DNA of 64,000 nt from assembly GCA_964106645.2 (NCBI GenBank), contig OZ067038.1; one strand, written 5' to 3'. Below the pieces are notes generated by a model. That model searched no databases. It saw only the letters and a program-made list of their open reading frames with translations, and was not told where the DNA came from. Shown here in pieces: positions 49,561-62,598 of the stretch (position 1 is the stretch's first letter; every line of letters begins with the position of its first letter). A program made the position numbers and the translations under genes. This stretch comes from Podarcis pityusensis (Eukaryota).

Positions 49561-52500
49561 CCCCAAGCGAGAGAGGAAATAAATGACTGGGGTGTGTGTG
49601 GGTGTGGGTATCCCTTCTCCAAATCCTCCAGACCTTTGGACTCGGATTTGGAGGGAGATCTGCTCGAATGAATCCCTTTACTTTGCATCTTGTTAAGAGT
49701 ACTGTACCCTAATTTTTAAAATTGTGTTCTTCAGGCAGCCCTCTGCCACTTACCGTTTGGGTGACCTGCCTGTTTCAGTGCCTGCTGCCGGTTTCAGTCA
49801 CCGGTTTGATAACCTCCTGTTTGAAAGCGCCCAGGTCACACTCGATGCATCAAGAGAGCTCTGATCTCTTCACCCTTGTTGGTGACTTCTGTTGCAACCT
49901 TGAGTAATTGCAGGGCAGTTACTTTCCAATCCGTAAGAGCTCTGCTAGATCAAGCCCAGAGTCCATCTGGTCCATTATTTTGTTTCCAGTGGTGACCAGG
50001 CAAATTCATTCCCTGGAAGGAAGCCCTTCACGCCCACTCCTCCCCCCCCCCCTCTTTTGTGTCCTGCCTTTTCTGTTGCAAGCTTGCAGGCAGGAGTTGT
50101 CTTGCATGTTATTTATCTCTTTTGGTCAAAGAGTACAGTGAAAGTGCTTTAAATCAATAACTGATCAGCCAGTGGCTTATCACCACATCTTGGGAAAGTA
50201 AATTTCATTAGTTAATAGTGTATCGTGTGGAAAAACTACTCTCCTTTGCCCTGAATTTACTACCAATCAGTTTCACTGCCTGGCCTCTACCTCCTTGCAT
50301 TATGAGATGGGGTGGGGAAGTATCTCCTCTCTGTGTACTATTTATCATTTGATAAGCTTTAGTTGCCTTTTTTCTAGACTAAAAACTTCAAATACTTTGA
50401 CTTATACTTGAAGGGAAGGTATTCCAACACTTTAATATTTTTGGTTGCCCCTCTGCCATGCCCTTCTTAAGTCTGGATACAAAGAACAGTGTTCCTGAAG
50501 TGAAAGCACTATTTGTTTGTATAAAGTCGTTATAATACCTTAACATTTTCTGTTAAACCTATTAATCCCAAACAAAAAAAAAAATATCTTAATTTTTCAC
50601 TTATGTTGACACAGTAGCAAAATCCCAAGGTACCTTTGTTAGGTAGACATAGGCAGCTCAGATCCCATATTGCCTCAGTGTCTATCACTTTATAACTATT
50701 TGCGCTGCATTTCCTTTGCCATTTTGTTTTCTGTTGTGGACAAATCATTTTGGAGTTTTTCATAGTCTGTTTGACTTTTCACCACACTTGAATAATTTGC
50801 TATCATCTGCAAACTTGGCTGCCTCATTGGATAATATATAAATAAGTTAAAGTTCCCAATACTTATCCCAGTTCAGATGCTTGGAGAGCCTCTCTGTTGT
50901 GACAACTGTTGTTCCTACCATCTGCTTCCTATTTTTGCACCATTTCCCACTCCACAAGTGGACCAGTCCTCTGGTTCCATGCTTCCATATTTTATCAGTT
51001 AGGGTGGTGATGGAACCAAATGATAACCATCACCTGACTATAAGTTGCAGTATACCTGGTCAAGAGAACATCTGAAACAAAAATAAAATAATTTGCTCAT
51101 TGTTCATCAGAAAAAAACAATATTTTTAACCTAATTATGACTATATTGTTTAAACCATAATTTACAGTGGCCCCAGTGTCTGTCAAATATAAAGGAAAAT
51201 CTGGGATTACATTCCTACAATGCTATGGCAAAAAGACTCAAATTGGAGAATTGCCATCTGTCATTTACCTATAGGACGTGTCTCCTCTTGTTGATGAAAC
51301 TGCAGTGCAGCTCTGTATTGGTTAAGAAGATGCAGAGTAGATGTAGGCTTCTGTGGGAAATTTTAACCTCCAGGCTGATTGAGCAACAGGGTAGCATATT
51401 TGTGTAAGAATTGCATCAAAGCCTTTCCCTCAGAAGACCTGTTTGGACTGTTTTCAAAAGAGTGTGGAATATTGGCTCATGTCTTCCTTATGCTTATTTT
51501 CCAGGTCGGTTTTCTGACTCTCATGAACTGTCTGAGCTGGGTAAGTAGAGCTGGAGATTGGCTGTGGGGTCCCAGACCTATGCTATGTTTTGCAAATAAT
51601 GTCATGCTTTGTTGGGAGAAGATGACCTGAAGGAGGCCTTGTCTTAAGGAGAAAGATTTAATGCATAGCCAAGATTTCCCAGTGGTTGCTGAAAGTTTTG
51701 GTGCAGAGTAAATGAGCTTGGACTGGGGAAAAAAAAAACCTTTTTCTTATGAAAGCCTATTGACCCAAAGGGAAATGATAATAATGTGGGCAGGGAGGCA
51801 CACACACAGTTATGAGGCAGAGGGTGTTCACTGTAGCGACCCCAGGGTTTAAAATTCATTGCTCCATTAGACTGCCACACTATAGACCTTTCAGAGTGAT
51901 CTGAAGGCTCACTTTTTTCACTTGAGGGTTAAAAAAATTATCATACCGTTCTTGCTACTGGTTTTGATGACATTTTAGTAATGCTCGGTGGACATTTATT
52001 AGTTACGGTACTAGTTTCCCAGTAATTCATCCTTATTTTATTGTAATTTTGTGTTTTAATGTAAGCCATCTTGAAAGAGTTAGTTAATAGTTTTTCTAGA
52101 CTGCTCTTCATCCAGGAGGATTTCAGGACAGTGTACAATATAGAACCTCTAAACTCAAAAAGAGGAGGTGGTCCTTTAAGTATTTTGGTCTTAAGTCATC
52201 TAGGGCCTTACAGGCTAACATTACAAATTTGGTGTGGTACCAGAGGCAGCCAGCATAGTTCCTGAAGGCTAGATATAATCTCACCTTGCTGTAATGTTCA
52301 ATAATCCAGTGGTGACATTCTGCACACGCTGCAATTTTCAGGCCATTTTCAATGGGATCCCCAAGTAGAGTGCATTACAACAATTTGTTCTTGAGTTCAC
52401 TGTGCCCAAGCTATCCTAATCCAGGAAGGGGGACACTTGGTGACTCATCCAGAACTCTGGGGCTCAAGCAGTTGGAACAAGGAGTACTCACAAACTACCA

Positions 52501-55500
52501 ATCATCTCTGTGACTTCATCTAGAAGAGGTTTTCTCTGCAACTTCCAGACACAATAACTGCCTACCAACAGTGCTTTCATCTTGTTGGGTTTCAGTTCAC
52601 TCTCAAGTCAGTGTATAAATACATTAAATAAATAAATGGTAATGGTGAATGTTTTCTGATGCCCTAGGCAACTGCCAGCAAATGGCTAGTTTCACTCCAT
52701 TAAATTGATGTTCAGATCCTGTATGTCTAAGCCATTTATATCTAATTAAAAACAAGCAAATTACTGTCTGTTTTGTATCTGATTTGCTTCTGCTCATTCT
52801 TTCTTGCAACAGCCATCCTACTTCAGTAAGGCCAGAATATTTGCCAGGTGCTAGCAGCCTAGCTCAGGTCAAAGGTATTATGAAGACTATAAGCAAACAT
52901 CCATTCTGAAATAGCATTTATGGTGATAAAGATATACCATCTGATAGCATCATGCCAAGGGCAAGAATGAATGGACCTGTTTACCACACACACTCATTGC
53001 ACCAGATTATGGAAGAGAGCCAAGGCACTTGGCTACCTATGTGCAACTGAGAAAGTTGCATAATTGTGAAGACCTGCCCAGAGACGGCAATGCTCACTTT
53101 ACCTTCATGATGCCTCTCCTTCAAAAAAAAGGTTGTTTGATTAAATCGGTGTCCTCTTCTAATCAGTGGCCTTTTTCTTTTCCTGGTTATAAGCAGTAAT
53201 TCTTCCTGTGCCTTTTCTACCTTTTCCTTTCTCAGTTTATTCTGCCTCCAATTTGCTGGTGCTGTTGAATGACTGGATCCTTCGGAAAGAGCTGCAGCCC
53301 CCTCTTTCTGTGGTAAGAATCTTTTCTATGCAAGAGAAGAGGCAGGTGGGGTACAATCCCTGTCTCCCATGCCAAGGACTAGAATGTTGCGCCTGGATTT
53401 TATCCTGTTGGCAATAGATTCTGAAGTTGCTGCTATCTGGTTGAATCTTGGGCATCTGCCAGCCCTTGTCTGCTTGCGCCACAACATTCTGGAAGGTTGA
53501 TGAAAGTTACAGTGGCCTCCAGGAATACTGCTGGCTTATACTGTGAGTGACACCAGTTTCCTGAGCCATTCAAAATCCAACTCTTTCTTTACCTGGTGTG
53601 CACCCCATGAACTCTGGCCTCTATGTAATTCCCTTTGAGGACTGGGGTGGGGGTGCGGGTGAAGGAGCCCAATTGATCTTTCACTGAAATCAATATATTC
53701 TTTAGGATCTTCTTCCATTTCAGTTGTGGTGGTAGAACAGAAAGCATCAGGCCCTGCTGAGTTTAAAGGAGAGTTTGAGGACATGGGGTAGCATTGAAGG
53801 TTTGGAGACAAAGGGAGCAGGTTGCTCAGTCATCAGGGGACCGACAAAATAAATGATGATGATGATGATGATGATAATAATTTTATTATTTATACCCCTG
53901 TGATTATAAGAATTTGTGTAGCTCAGTTGTGCAGTCCTGAGCATTTTGACTCACCAAGCAGTCCCGCTCAGTATTGTGGGATGGAATTTTTTTCCAGTCC
54001 TTCATTTTTCTGTGGAAAGCTTTCTATTTTCATAAACTCATTATTAATGATTAAATGGATGCCAATTACAAATACAGTATAAGGCAAACTTGGCAGTTTC
54101 AATGTGTTTTGTTTACTAAGCACAAGTAGAATAAACACGTTAAATTAGATCGCTCTCTAGGGCATGAGAAAAGTGCCAACTATTTTTTATGCAAATTACA
54201 TTAATTTGTATATGTTTTTCCCATCTTGAAATTTTTTGAAAAATCCACATCACGGGTTCTGCTGTGTTCAAGAGAGCTTACTCCCTAGTCTTCTTTAAGA
54301 TTGCAGCCTAAGTAAATGTAGGCAGTTTGCAGAAAGGCATTATTACCACTGAATGCAGGACTCTTCTCCCAACATAAATGGCTCTTACTGTTCTGCTTCT
54401 TATGGTCATGAGAAATATGTTGCTGATTAAAGATCCCGCTAATCCAGCCTTTGCCAAGCTGAGGCTCTCCAGATGTTTTGGACCAGATGTTTTGCACCAG
54501 CCCTAGTCAGCACATGACATGCCCCAGGTTGGTGAAGGCTGATTTGATCCAATGTTGTAAAACAGTGACTTCCCAGCAGAGATCTGTAAGCAGGGAATGA
54601 GAAAGGTAGCCATCCTCTGTTACTTACCCCCACCATGTGTCCCAAGAGACTTTTTGCTAACTTATTTGTCAGGAAAGCTTGAGTTCGGCTAACCTCTCTA
54701 CCTGCAGGCAAACACAACTGTGGCACACAGATCTTTGTTGTTGTGTGATTGATGAGCCTGTGCGAGGGTATTTAAAGCTGGTAGGGCCACTGGAATCCAG
54801 CTGGTTCCCTTACTTTCCTTTGTATGAGGGACTCTTGATCCATTCCTCCTCTCAGCCCCCGCAGAGTCACCTTGCTACAGCTTTGGCTATGCCTTGAAGC
54901 TGGTCGCATCATGTTGTCTCTCACTTGCCTCTTGCTTTGCAGGCACTTCCCCAGCAGAAACTGCTGACATGGCTGAGTGTCATCGAATGCGTGGAGGTCT
55001 TTGCCGAGATGGGGGCTGCCAAGGTGTGGGGTGAGACTGGCCGGTGGGCCATCATTGTCCTCATCCAGCTGGCCAAGTGAGTGTTCAATGGAGAGGAACT
55101 ATTGCACCTTGTGAATCCCAAGGATGAAAATGTGAATCCTTTGGTGGGAGGCGGGGGAAAGAGACCCTTTTTGGAACCTTGATTGTTAGGGTTAATGTGC
55201 CACAATAAAGTGGTACCTCTGGTTACGAACGCTTCAGGTTACGAGCTCCGCTAACCCAGAAGTAGCTGCTCCTGGTTGTGAACTTTGCCCCAGAATGTAA
55301 ACAGAAATCGTGCACCTTTGGCACATGGGCAGCGGGGAGGCCCCATTAGCGAAAGCGCGCCTCAGGATAAGAATGGACCTCTGGAACGAATTAGGTTCGT
55401 AACCAGAGGTACCACTGTACTCTAGGTTGGGCACTTCCTGCATGACACTGAGAGCACTGTTCTAGTTTTACAATGTTCCCTAGTTGCAGTGTTCCATCAT

Positions 55501-58500
55501 GGGACTGGATTGGGTCATTGTACTCAGATAGCACCTTGTTCCAACTGGGCCTGCCCAAGGAGCTGTATGCCTTTGAGTTTCCTTCAGTTACAGTTCCCCA
55601 GCTGCATCCCTCACTTGATTGCTGTCTTAACTCTTCCTTCTCCTCCAGTGATTGTAGCTGGAACTTCTGGTAACAGCAGCAACCTGACGGGAACCTCACT
55701 GTACACATATCACTGAACAGGGTTGCAAATGCAAGGTTGCATGAATGGTCCTGTGATGGCAAATCGGAGAGCTGTATCTTTCTACTGCCTTGGCAGTGAA
55801 GCGTCTAGTGTGCGCCTGGCATTTATAGCCCTTGATTTGCTTTAACCCACAGGGCCATCTTGCGCCTCCTGCTCTTGCTGTGGTACAAAACTGGCATCCA
55901 GACATCTCCTCCTATTGTGCCTCTAGACAGAAGGCAGTCATTGCAGCAGAAAGGTGAGTCAGGTGCATGGTGGATTGCAACCACTTTGGCTTTAGTCAGG
56001 AAGGAAGTTCCAAATGCCAGCCAACTGATTGACTAGGTTTGAGAAAAGGAAGGCTTTGTGTAACCTGAGCAGCAGAAAATCTTTGTCATTTCGCCACATG
56101 TTCATCTCGGTTTTTGCAGATGCTTTCGCAGACTGTTGAACTCCCTATGGCCCTTTAGCTGTTGCTGGACTCACATCAGCCCCAGCCAGCATAGCCCATT
56201 GGTCAGGGATGATGAGAGATTATAGCCCAAAAACATCTAGAGGGCATCTCATTGGCTATCCCTGTTTTTAGGCTTTAGCTTGTGGCATGATGTGCCTGGG
56301 ACTTGCAGTCTTCCTCCCTGTTAGAAAATTTGAAGAGCATTTTCTGGTGCCCTGTCCAGGCTTTTCTTTAGTGTCAGCAGTCTGCAGAGGGTCACATTTC
56401 TCCTCGGACTTAATGTATCCTCATGCCTGTGAGTCTGCTGTTCTGTTTCAATGAATGTGCTAACCTGAACAAACCAAGAACTGGAGTGGAGGAGGGCTTT
56501 CCCCCTGCCCTTACTGTGGTCTTATTTACCTGTCTCCTGACAGATATGGAGGTAAACTCAATAGGGAAGGAGCGGATATATGTGGGGAAGCGCTGTAGCC
56601 GTGTTGTGAGATCTCTCGATAGCAGTGAGTATCTTTCTCGTTTGTCTCCCATGTTACACCTACGGTAGAACTAGGTCAGGTCGCAAATGTAAAGTGTGCA
56701 CATGTATACATGTACTCAGACACACAAGGGCATCTCCATAAACGGCAGCAGTTTTCGACATACCAGTACAAAAGGGGTTTAGATAGTTTAAATTATTTTA
56801 TTTTATTTTAAATTGTATTGTTTTAACAGATTGATAGCTGGCCGCCCTGGGGTCTTTGGGAGGAAGGTTAGGATACAAATTAAATAAGTTGTTGCACAAG
56901 TACAGAGAATGCAGACATTCTGCTGATGGCTGAAGGCAGCCCTGTTTAGGGAAGCTTTTAATGTTTAACAGACCATTGTATTTTAATATTTTGTTGGAAG
57001 CTGCCCAGAGTGGCTGGGGAAACCCAGCCAGATGGGCAGGGTATAAATAATAAATTGTTGTTGTTGTTGTTGTTACTCATCCAAAGTATGATACCCATGC
57101 AAAGCTGAGTCTTTTTCTTTCTTCCTTTTTAATTTTAGCCCCATCCCTGCACTCCAGACATTGGGGAGCACCTCAGCAAAGGGAGGAGAAGCAGAACCGA
57201 AGAGCAATGGAGACAGACCAGCTGCCAACCCCTTTGAGCGCCCAGGAAACAGTTGCTGAGTCCATCTACATTACCCGCCCGTTGCTCCACTGTATCCTCC
57301 CTGCAGTGTATCCTGTACGCCACCAGAGAGAGCTGCAGCCCCAGTGTGGAGCATCATGGCCCTTAATGCTGAGCGGGTCTTGACTCCTGGGCAAACTCTT
57401 GGAGGCTTTGCTTCAGTCAGTGGGCCTGAAGATCTGCCCCAATTAACGTCCCCTGTTATTCTGAACCTGCTTTAATTTTTGCTGCTGTAGCCCCCATGGG
57501 CTCATGAGACGGCTGGGAAGTCTTTCTGCTTCTATAGTTTTTTGCCTGTTGTCTGTTCAGTTCCTTAACTCTTGCACATAGTGGTGAGCGTAGGCTTATG
57601 GGGACAGAGATCTTGGAGACCCTGGCTCCTTTCAGCAGTCTTGGATATCTCAAGGTCAGTTGGGATAAAAGCATTTCATCATCCTGGATCCATTTTCTTT
57701 CACCTTGAATTTTTTGTAAAATATTGATTACCTGGTTGTTTTTACTCCACTAGTGGTGTGCCTCTCTGCAGCCTCAGGGGGAGAAGCAGCCCCGCTGTGA
57801 GGAGCTGGCAGGAAAAGGAGGGCTTTATCTTTCATGGCAGAGGCTGCCGGGTTGTCCTCCTGTCCCGTTTGTTTGTTTAATTTTATTTATACCCCACCCT
57901 CCCCGGCCAAGACCAGGCTCAGGGCGGCTAACATCAAGTATAAAAACAATCGATTAAAATACAACTTAAAATGCAGCCTCATTTCAGTGGAAGCCCAGAT
58001 CAAAAACTGTTTGTGGGGAGAAAACGTCAAATCTTCACCAAGGTCAACTATCCAGACTGGTCCTACGTGGGCCAGAAAAAAGCAAAAAGCCAGGGAAGTC
58101 CCCAATTAGGGGTTCCATCACGGAAGGAAAAGGAAAGAGGGGGAGGGGATCAGGCTGATTCCAAGCCAAAGGCCAGGTGGAACAACTCTGTCTTACAGGC
58201 CCTGCTCTCTGAGAGATGGTACCAGGCTTCCTTTGAACAAGGGTGCACCTCTGGAACTCATTTTCAACAGCAGGACTCAACTTTGGAACATAAAAGTGGG
58301 AAGGGGATAGTGAGAAACAGAGGGAGGGAGTGTGTGTTTGTCAAATTCCTCACCACTTAGATTAGGAGGAATATCGTTCAGGTCAGCAAGTACTATTCTC
58401 AGGCAGGCTTGAGGCCTAGTTGCGCTCCTGTTTTTTAAAAAATGATTTTTTTATCCAGCGCCTTGTGATTTCTCTGCTTTCCCTTCTGCAGTTTGAGTTT

Positions 58501-60005
58501 ACTGAGTGACATGAAAGATCTCAACAAGCGCGAGCGTGTGGAGCTGAGGCGTCGGACTCTGCTGCTGCTGTACTACCTGCTGAGATCTCCTTTCTATGAT
58601 AGATACTCTGAGTAAGACTGCCTGGCTGGCTTCTTTTCAACCGTATTAAAATCCCCACCCCCATAAGGAGACCTCTGGATTTCTAAAAGAGAAACCCGTG
58701 GCTTGTGAGCATTCAGCACCCAAACAGGTTTTGTCTGTAAGCTCCGTTCCAAGAGTCCCATTCCCATTGGGAAGGAAGCCATTCTCATGGGCTCATCTGA
58801 GGTGTTTTTTCTCTTTCTCTCTCTCTCTCTCTGTGTTCCTTCAGGGGCAGGATCCTCTTTCTGCTGCGCCTGCTGGCAGATTACGTCCCTGGAGTTGGCT
58901 TAGTCACTCGTAAGTAGCTGACTGCTGTGATTGGTCTTTTTAAAGGAAGCTGATCAAGGTTAAGGAGACCGTAGGGAGAATCCTCCATTGGTTTTGGGAT
59001 AACCAGTTCAAGGGGCTTTCTACTCGGCACGTGCTTAGATGAGGGGTATTCAAGGATAGCAGCAGGGCTAGAAGATCTCCAAATTTTAAAAGTTGGCACT
59101 AGGATCTGTGAAGCTGAAATGTCTCTTCAAAGACTTTAGGTGTGGCTACTAAAAATGCTTTGCTGCTGTTGTCTACTATTGTCACATACGTATCTCCACA
59201 GCTTAAAAAGATGCTGGTGCACATTTGAATAAAATGTATATTCTCTTTTAGTAGGATACATCAATCCTCCATATATTTGGTGATTGTTTCCTTCACTGTT
59301 TATATCTAGCTTGGGCGCTAATATTTCATTAAAATCTCCTCCTATTATTAGTACAGTGTTGGTGGGGGGGCAGTCAGGGAACCATCAGAGCAGCATGTGG
59401 CGGGAGGAAGACAAGATTGTTCCTTCAGTGTAAGCAATTCTGCTTGCCTGACCAAAGCATCTCAGTGCTACATTGAATGCTGCTCACTGTTTTGATACTT
59501 GCTTTTAAAAAATGTACATGTTTTGGATGCAGGCATGGCTTACAAATTGTCTGAATAAATAGCAACTTTTAGGAGTTGACAGTGGGGATTCTGTGCAGAA
59601 TCTAGATTGTTGAGCAACACAGGAATAGCAGTTATTATTATTGGTCGGTTTTCCTTCTCCAAACATCTTTTCTGTCAAGACAAAGGGGGTCTCTGCACAG
59701 GACCCCTTCCTGAGATATATTTCATATCAGTCCTTCCTTTAGATATATGAATGTTGGATTTCTTTTCTTGCCCTATGAATAGCTCTCCACATCCTTTCTT
59801 TCATATGCCCCATCTGTGATTTCAGAACTTAGGATGTTGGCTGGGAAGGGGCAGTTGTGGAAGCAAATATTGGCAAGTTAATTTCTCACATGTTGCTTTA
59901 AGGTCTTCCAGTTCATTTTCACATTTTTCTCCCTTCTTCATTTCAGGGCCGCTGATGGACTACTTGCCAGCCTGGCAGAAAATTTACTTCTACAACTGGG
60001 GTTGA
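49180..60005 (+). CDS. PEX16: Peroxisomal biogenesis factor 16; spliced CDS, 11 exons, 1035 nt, 344 aa
   Basis: join(49180..49315,51505..51540,53236..53312,54943..55076,55853..55953,56544..56624,57139..57291,57582..57654,58492..58611,58845..58909,59947..60005). Recognisable PEX16 motifs include [23 protein letters not shown] and [18 protein letters not shown]. Confidence 0.96.
49930..50960 (-). mobile_element. Degraded CR1 LINE in PEX16 intron 1
   Basis: RT motif AKFADDSKL on the minus strand at ~50794-50819; CR1 3' end near 49930. Confidence 0.75.
51505..51540 (+). CDS. PEX16: PEX16 exon 2: [11 protein letters not shown]
   Basis: CAG/GTAAGT boundaries; 36 nt. Confidence 0.93.
52250..52615 (-). 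mobile_element. Degraded L2 LINE fragment
   Basis: Minus-strand [12 protein letters not shown] resembles the L2 motif SRLDYCNALYLG. Confidence 0.55.
53236..53312 (+). CDS. PEX16: PEX16 exon 3: [25 protein letters not shown]
   Basis: CAG/GTAAG boundaries. Confidence 0.95.
53853..53876 (+). repeat. (GAT)n microsatellite
   Basis: Read directly from the sequence. Confidence 0.85.
54943..55076 (+). CDS. PEX16: PEX16 exon 4: [45 protein letters not shown]
   Basis: CAG/GTGAGT boundaries. Confidence 0.95.
55208..55417. mobile_element. Tc1/mariner MITE, family A
   Basis: AGTGGTACCTCTGGTTACGAAC...GTTCGTAACCAGAGGTACCACTG; TA flanks. Confidence 0.85.
55853..55953 (+). CDS. PEX16: PEX16 exon 5: [26 protein letters not shown]...
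   Basis: CAG/GTGAGT boundaries. Confidence 0.95.
56131..56264. mobile_element. Palindromic hAT-like MITE (degraded)
   Basis: CATCAGCCCCAGCCAGCAT...GGGATGATGAGAGATTATAGCCC...GAGGGCA. Confidence 0.5.
56544..56624 (+). CDS. PEX16: PEX16 exon 6: [26 protein letters not shown]
   Basis: CAG/GTGAGT boundaries; YVGKR..RVVR motif. Confidence 0.93.
56895..57075 (+). mobile_element. L2-type LINE 3' tail ending in (TTG)n
   Basis: GGAAGCTGCCCAGAGTGGCTGGGGAAACCCAGCCAGATGGGCAGGGTATAAATAATAAA followed by TTG repeats. Confidence 0.65.
57139..57291 (+). CDS. PEX16: PEX16 exon 7: [15 protein letters not shown]...[12 protein letters not shown]
   Basis: TAG acceptor; U12-type donor |GTATCCT. Confidence 0.94.
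57292..57581 (+). other. PEX16: U12-type (minor spliceosome) GT-AG intron, PEX16 intron 7
   Basis: 5' splice site GTATCCTCC; branch site TTCCTTAAC at 57561-57569, ending 12 nt before the 3' splice junction; no long polypyrimidine tract. Confidence 0.9.
57582..57654 (+). CDS. PEX16: PEX16 exon 8: [25 protein letters not shown]
   Basis: TAG/GTCAGT boundaries. Confidence 0.94.
57868..58205 (-). mobile_element. L2-type LINE 3' end
   Basis: TTTATATACCCCACC...GCTCAGGGCGGCTAACA...CCAAAGGCC...GTCTT, the reverse-complement L2 tail pattern. Confidence 0.6.
58492..58611 (+). CDS. PEX16: PEX16 exon 9: [39 protein letters not shown]
   Basis: CAG/GTAAG boundaries. Confidence 0.96.
58845..58909 (+). CDS. 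PEX16: PEX16 exon 10: [21 protein letters not shown]
   Basis: CAG/GTAAGT boundaries. Confidence 0.95.
59947..60005 (+). CDS. PEX16: PEX16 exon 11 (last): [18 protein letters not shown]
   Basis: CAG acceptor; TGA at 60003-60005. Confidence 0.96.
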
Positions 60006-60370
60006 TTTGGCCTCAGCTCAGGTTATTGCAGCCAGAGGGCGCTCCGGCTAAAAGCAGAAGCTTGTGGTGGTAGGATGACTTTATACAGCGGGAGGCAACC
60101 TTGAGACTTTAAAGAACAGCAGCAGCAGCAGCAACAACACAACATGTGTCTTTCTGTGGCTTATGCTAATGATTACCGAGAGAAGAGTAAGGGCTCTTCT
60201 GACATCTTTTTTTTTTAATGTATCTCCCTGTGAACTAAGAATGCTACAAAGAGTAGGTCTTAAAGTTCCTATGCTACTCCTCTCTCCATTCTGAATTATG
60301 GTTTTGGATCTCATGGGGGCTGTGGAGGGGGACCCTTTTTTTTGGTATGTATTTTCTATGGCTATGAATG

Positions 60371-60376
60371 AATAAA
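60371..60376 (+). terminator. PEX16: Probable PEX16 polyadenylation signal (AATAAA)
   Basis: First AATAAA after the stop codon, followed by GT/T-rich sequence. Confidence 0.65.
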
Positions 60377-62598
60377 GCCGGGAGTCGGCAGTGCTTTTGG
60401 GCTAATTTGGTCTGTTCTCTTGAATATTGGGGACGTGCACCGCAAGAGGAGTAAGGTCTCTTGCTTTCTGGCCAGCTGGGATGGAAGGCAGAGAGTTTTG
60501 CAGACGCTGCCAGTGCTTTGTTTCTGAGGTGAGACAAAGATTAGCATTCAAACCAGCCTGGAAATGTTTCCCCTTGTGCACATGCACACATGCACCCCAT
60601 TCTCAGATGCAAAGGGTGGGATTGGATCATTGGAATTAACCCTGTGAGGATATGTGCTCCAAACCATTTTCTTAATGTTATTATCTGGCACATAACCCAG
60701 AGTCATCACTGAAAAGCTGCTTCCAGACTCACAATAAGCTATTGCTGCTCTTTGCACAAACCCATTTCTGGCTATACAGCCAGGCTTATTCCCCACCCCA
60801 CCCCGTCTTTCACAGTGAAAACATATGCAGTTTGGTGCTGTGGTTGGCAGGGAACTGAGCACCCCTTGGGCCAGCTCAGGCAGCAAGCCAAGAATGCTCT
60901 TGGGTATACTTTTTTCCTTGGCTTATTTCCAGTGGTCCATATGCTGCTCGGCTGGAGCCTGGTCTGCCAGGGGCTGTGGCTGCTGGTCTTCTCTGCCAGC
61001 CTGCTTAATTTCCTGCCCTGCCTTTGAGGATATGCAGCTCCACAGCTTGCAGACTGTCTGGATAACAGCTAGTGTGTGCTGCTGGGCTTCGCTGAACAAA
61101 GTGCCAGTTGCAGAGGTGCTGGCAAGCAGGGCCAAAGGCCTCTGCAAATTGGTTGGTGTCTGCAGAACTGAGTTCCCAGCAAATGAAACATAAAGGCCTG
61201 AGCCGATGCCTGGGTCAAATAAATCAGAATGGTTGCCTTATGCAAGGCGTCCAAGAAGCAAGTAATCAAGTGCTTCATCAACTCTCTCCACCCATAAAGC
61301 AGCAGATGGAGCGCAAAGTGCTTGTGCTGCCTACCTCCTTGGTTACTTACTGGCACGGTCTGTTTTTCCTTCTTGCTAAGGCTGCATTTACTGATAGGCC
61401 ACTTCCCAGCATCTTCCGTCTGTTTCTGCAGTGGTAGGCTGAATACTTGGAAGGGCTTGCCATGAACCAGGGCCCACCAGGTTCAGAAGGCAGTATGGAG
61501 AGTGCTCAGCTTGTAGATTTCTTTTTCCAAAGCTAGCAATAGCCTCCTTGCAACAGACAGGTGGGGGAAACTGCCCTCCATTTTCTGCTGTGTAGTACAA
61601 TTTTCCTGCAAAACGAAAACCAAACCCATAGGAAATAAATGTTCTCAATCCCAGGGAAAGGACCTCCTATGTACTAGAACAATTTGTTTAGTAGAGGAGG
61701 ACTATCAGTCATTTCAGCAAGCTTGCTGATAAAGGAAAATCTGTCCTGTTTTCAGATGGCACACAAACTTCTTAAGTTTGTTGGAAGCTGGGGTCTCGTC
61801 CCCATCTTCCTACCTTCTCCCTGTAATTGGTAGGTGCCGTCACCTCCTTATGGAGGGTCCTTGGAGGGATTTATGGGTGAAATGATAGACTACTGCAGTC
61901 ACTACTGGCAAGAGCCCTTTGTTTAATTTACCCTTCTTTCCTACTCCACAGTTTTGTAGCGGCGACCAGTAGCTAGACTGATTGGAAACCCATTTTCACT
62001 AGTTCACCAGTCTTCAAAATAAAGCATAAATAAAAACTAAAGTGAGAGAGATGGAGAATTTGAATTTAAAGAAAGGGTAGGTGAGAGAGAAAGGGTAGGT
62101 GAGAGAGGAAAGTTATTATCGGGTTTCTAGTCTCCATCTGATGAAGATTGGCCCTATAAGTTGAACCACATGGTTCAGGGCAGTTTAAAACAGGACCAAA
62201 CATACACCGTATGCCTGTTGTGACACCTTAATGCAAGCAACTGATAGATTCCCCCTTCTCTGTGAAAGCTGGAAAGAGTGGGATTATCCTATTATGTCCC
62301 TGAAGGCTTCATCCACCAACTTCTCTGATTCTCAAGAGAATAAATTTGTCTCCTGTGAGCCACAAGCTCAGTGTACCAAGGACATAATGTTCAGCAGGCA
62401 GATAGTCGCACATCTATTATACAGAACAGCACCTTTGATAGCCCCCTCATCTGTGCTAGTATTTCTACCAGTTGTTTATTAATACACTTTGGAGTTTGGT
62501 CTTTGTTAGGTAAAAAAAATGGTGGGAGGGTGGAGTGTAGTATGCCTCAGTGTCCTCGCTCTACTGTCGAACCCGCACAGCTGCCTAACTCACTTGTT

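Noticed and set aside
48205-49688. Long ORFs in the PEX16 CpG island
   Set aside because: Same GC artefact; only 49180-49315 is supported by PEX16 homology.
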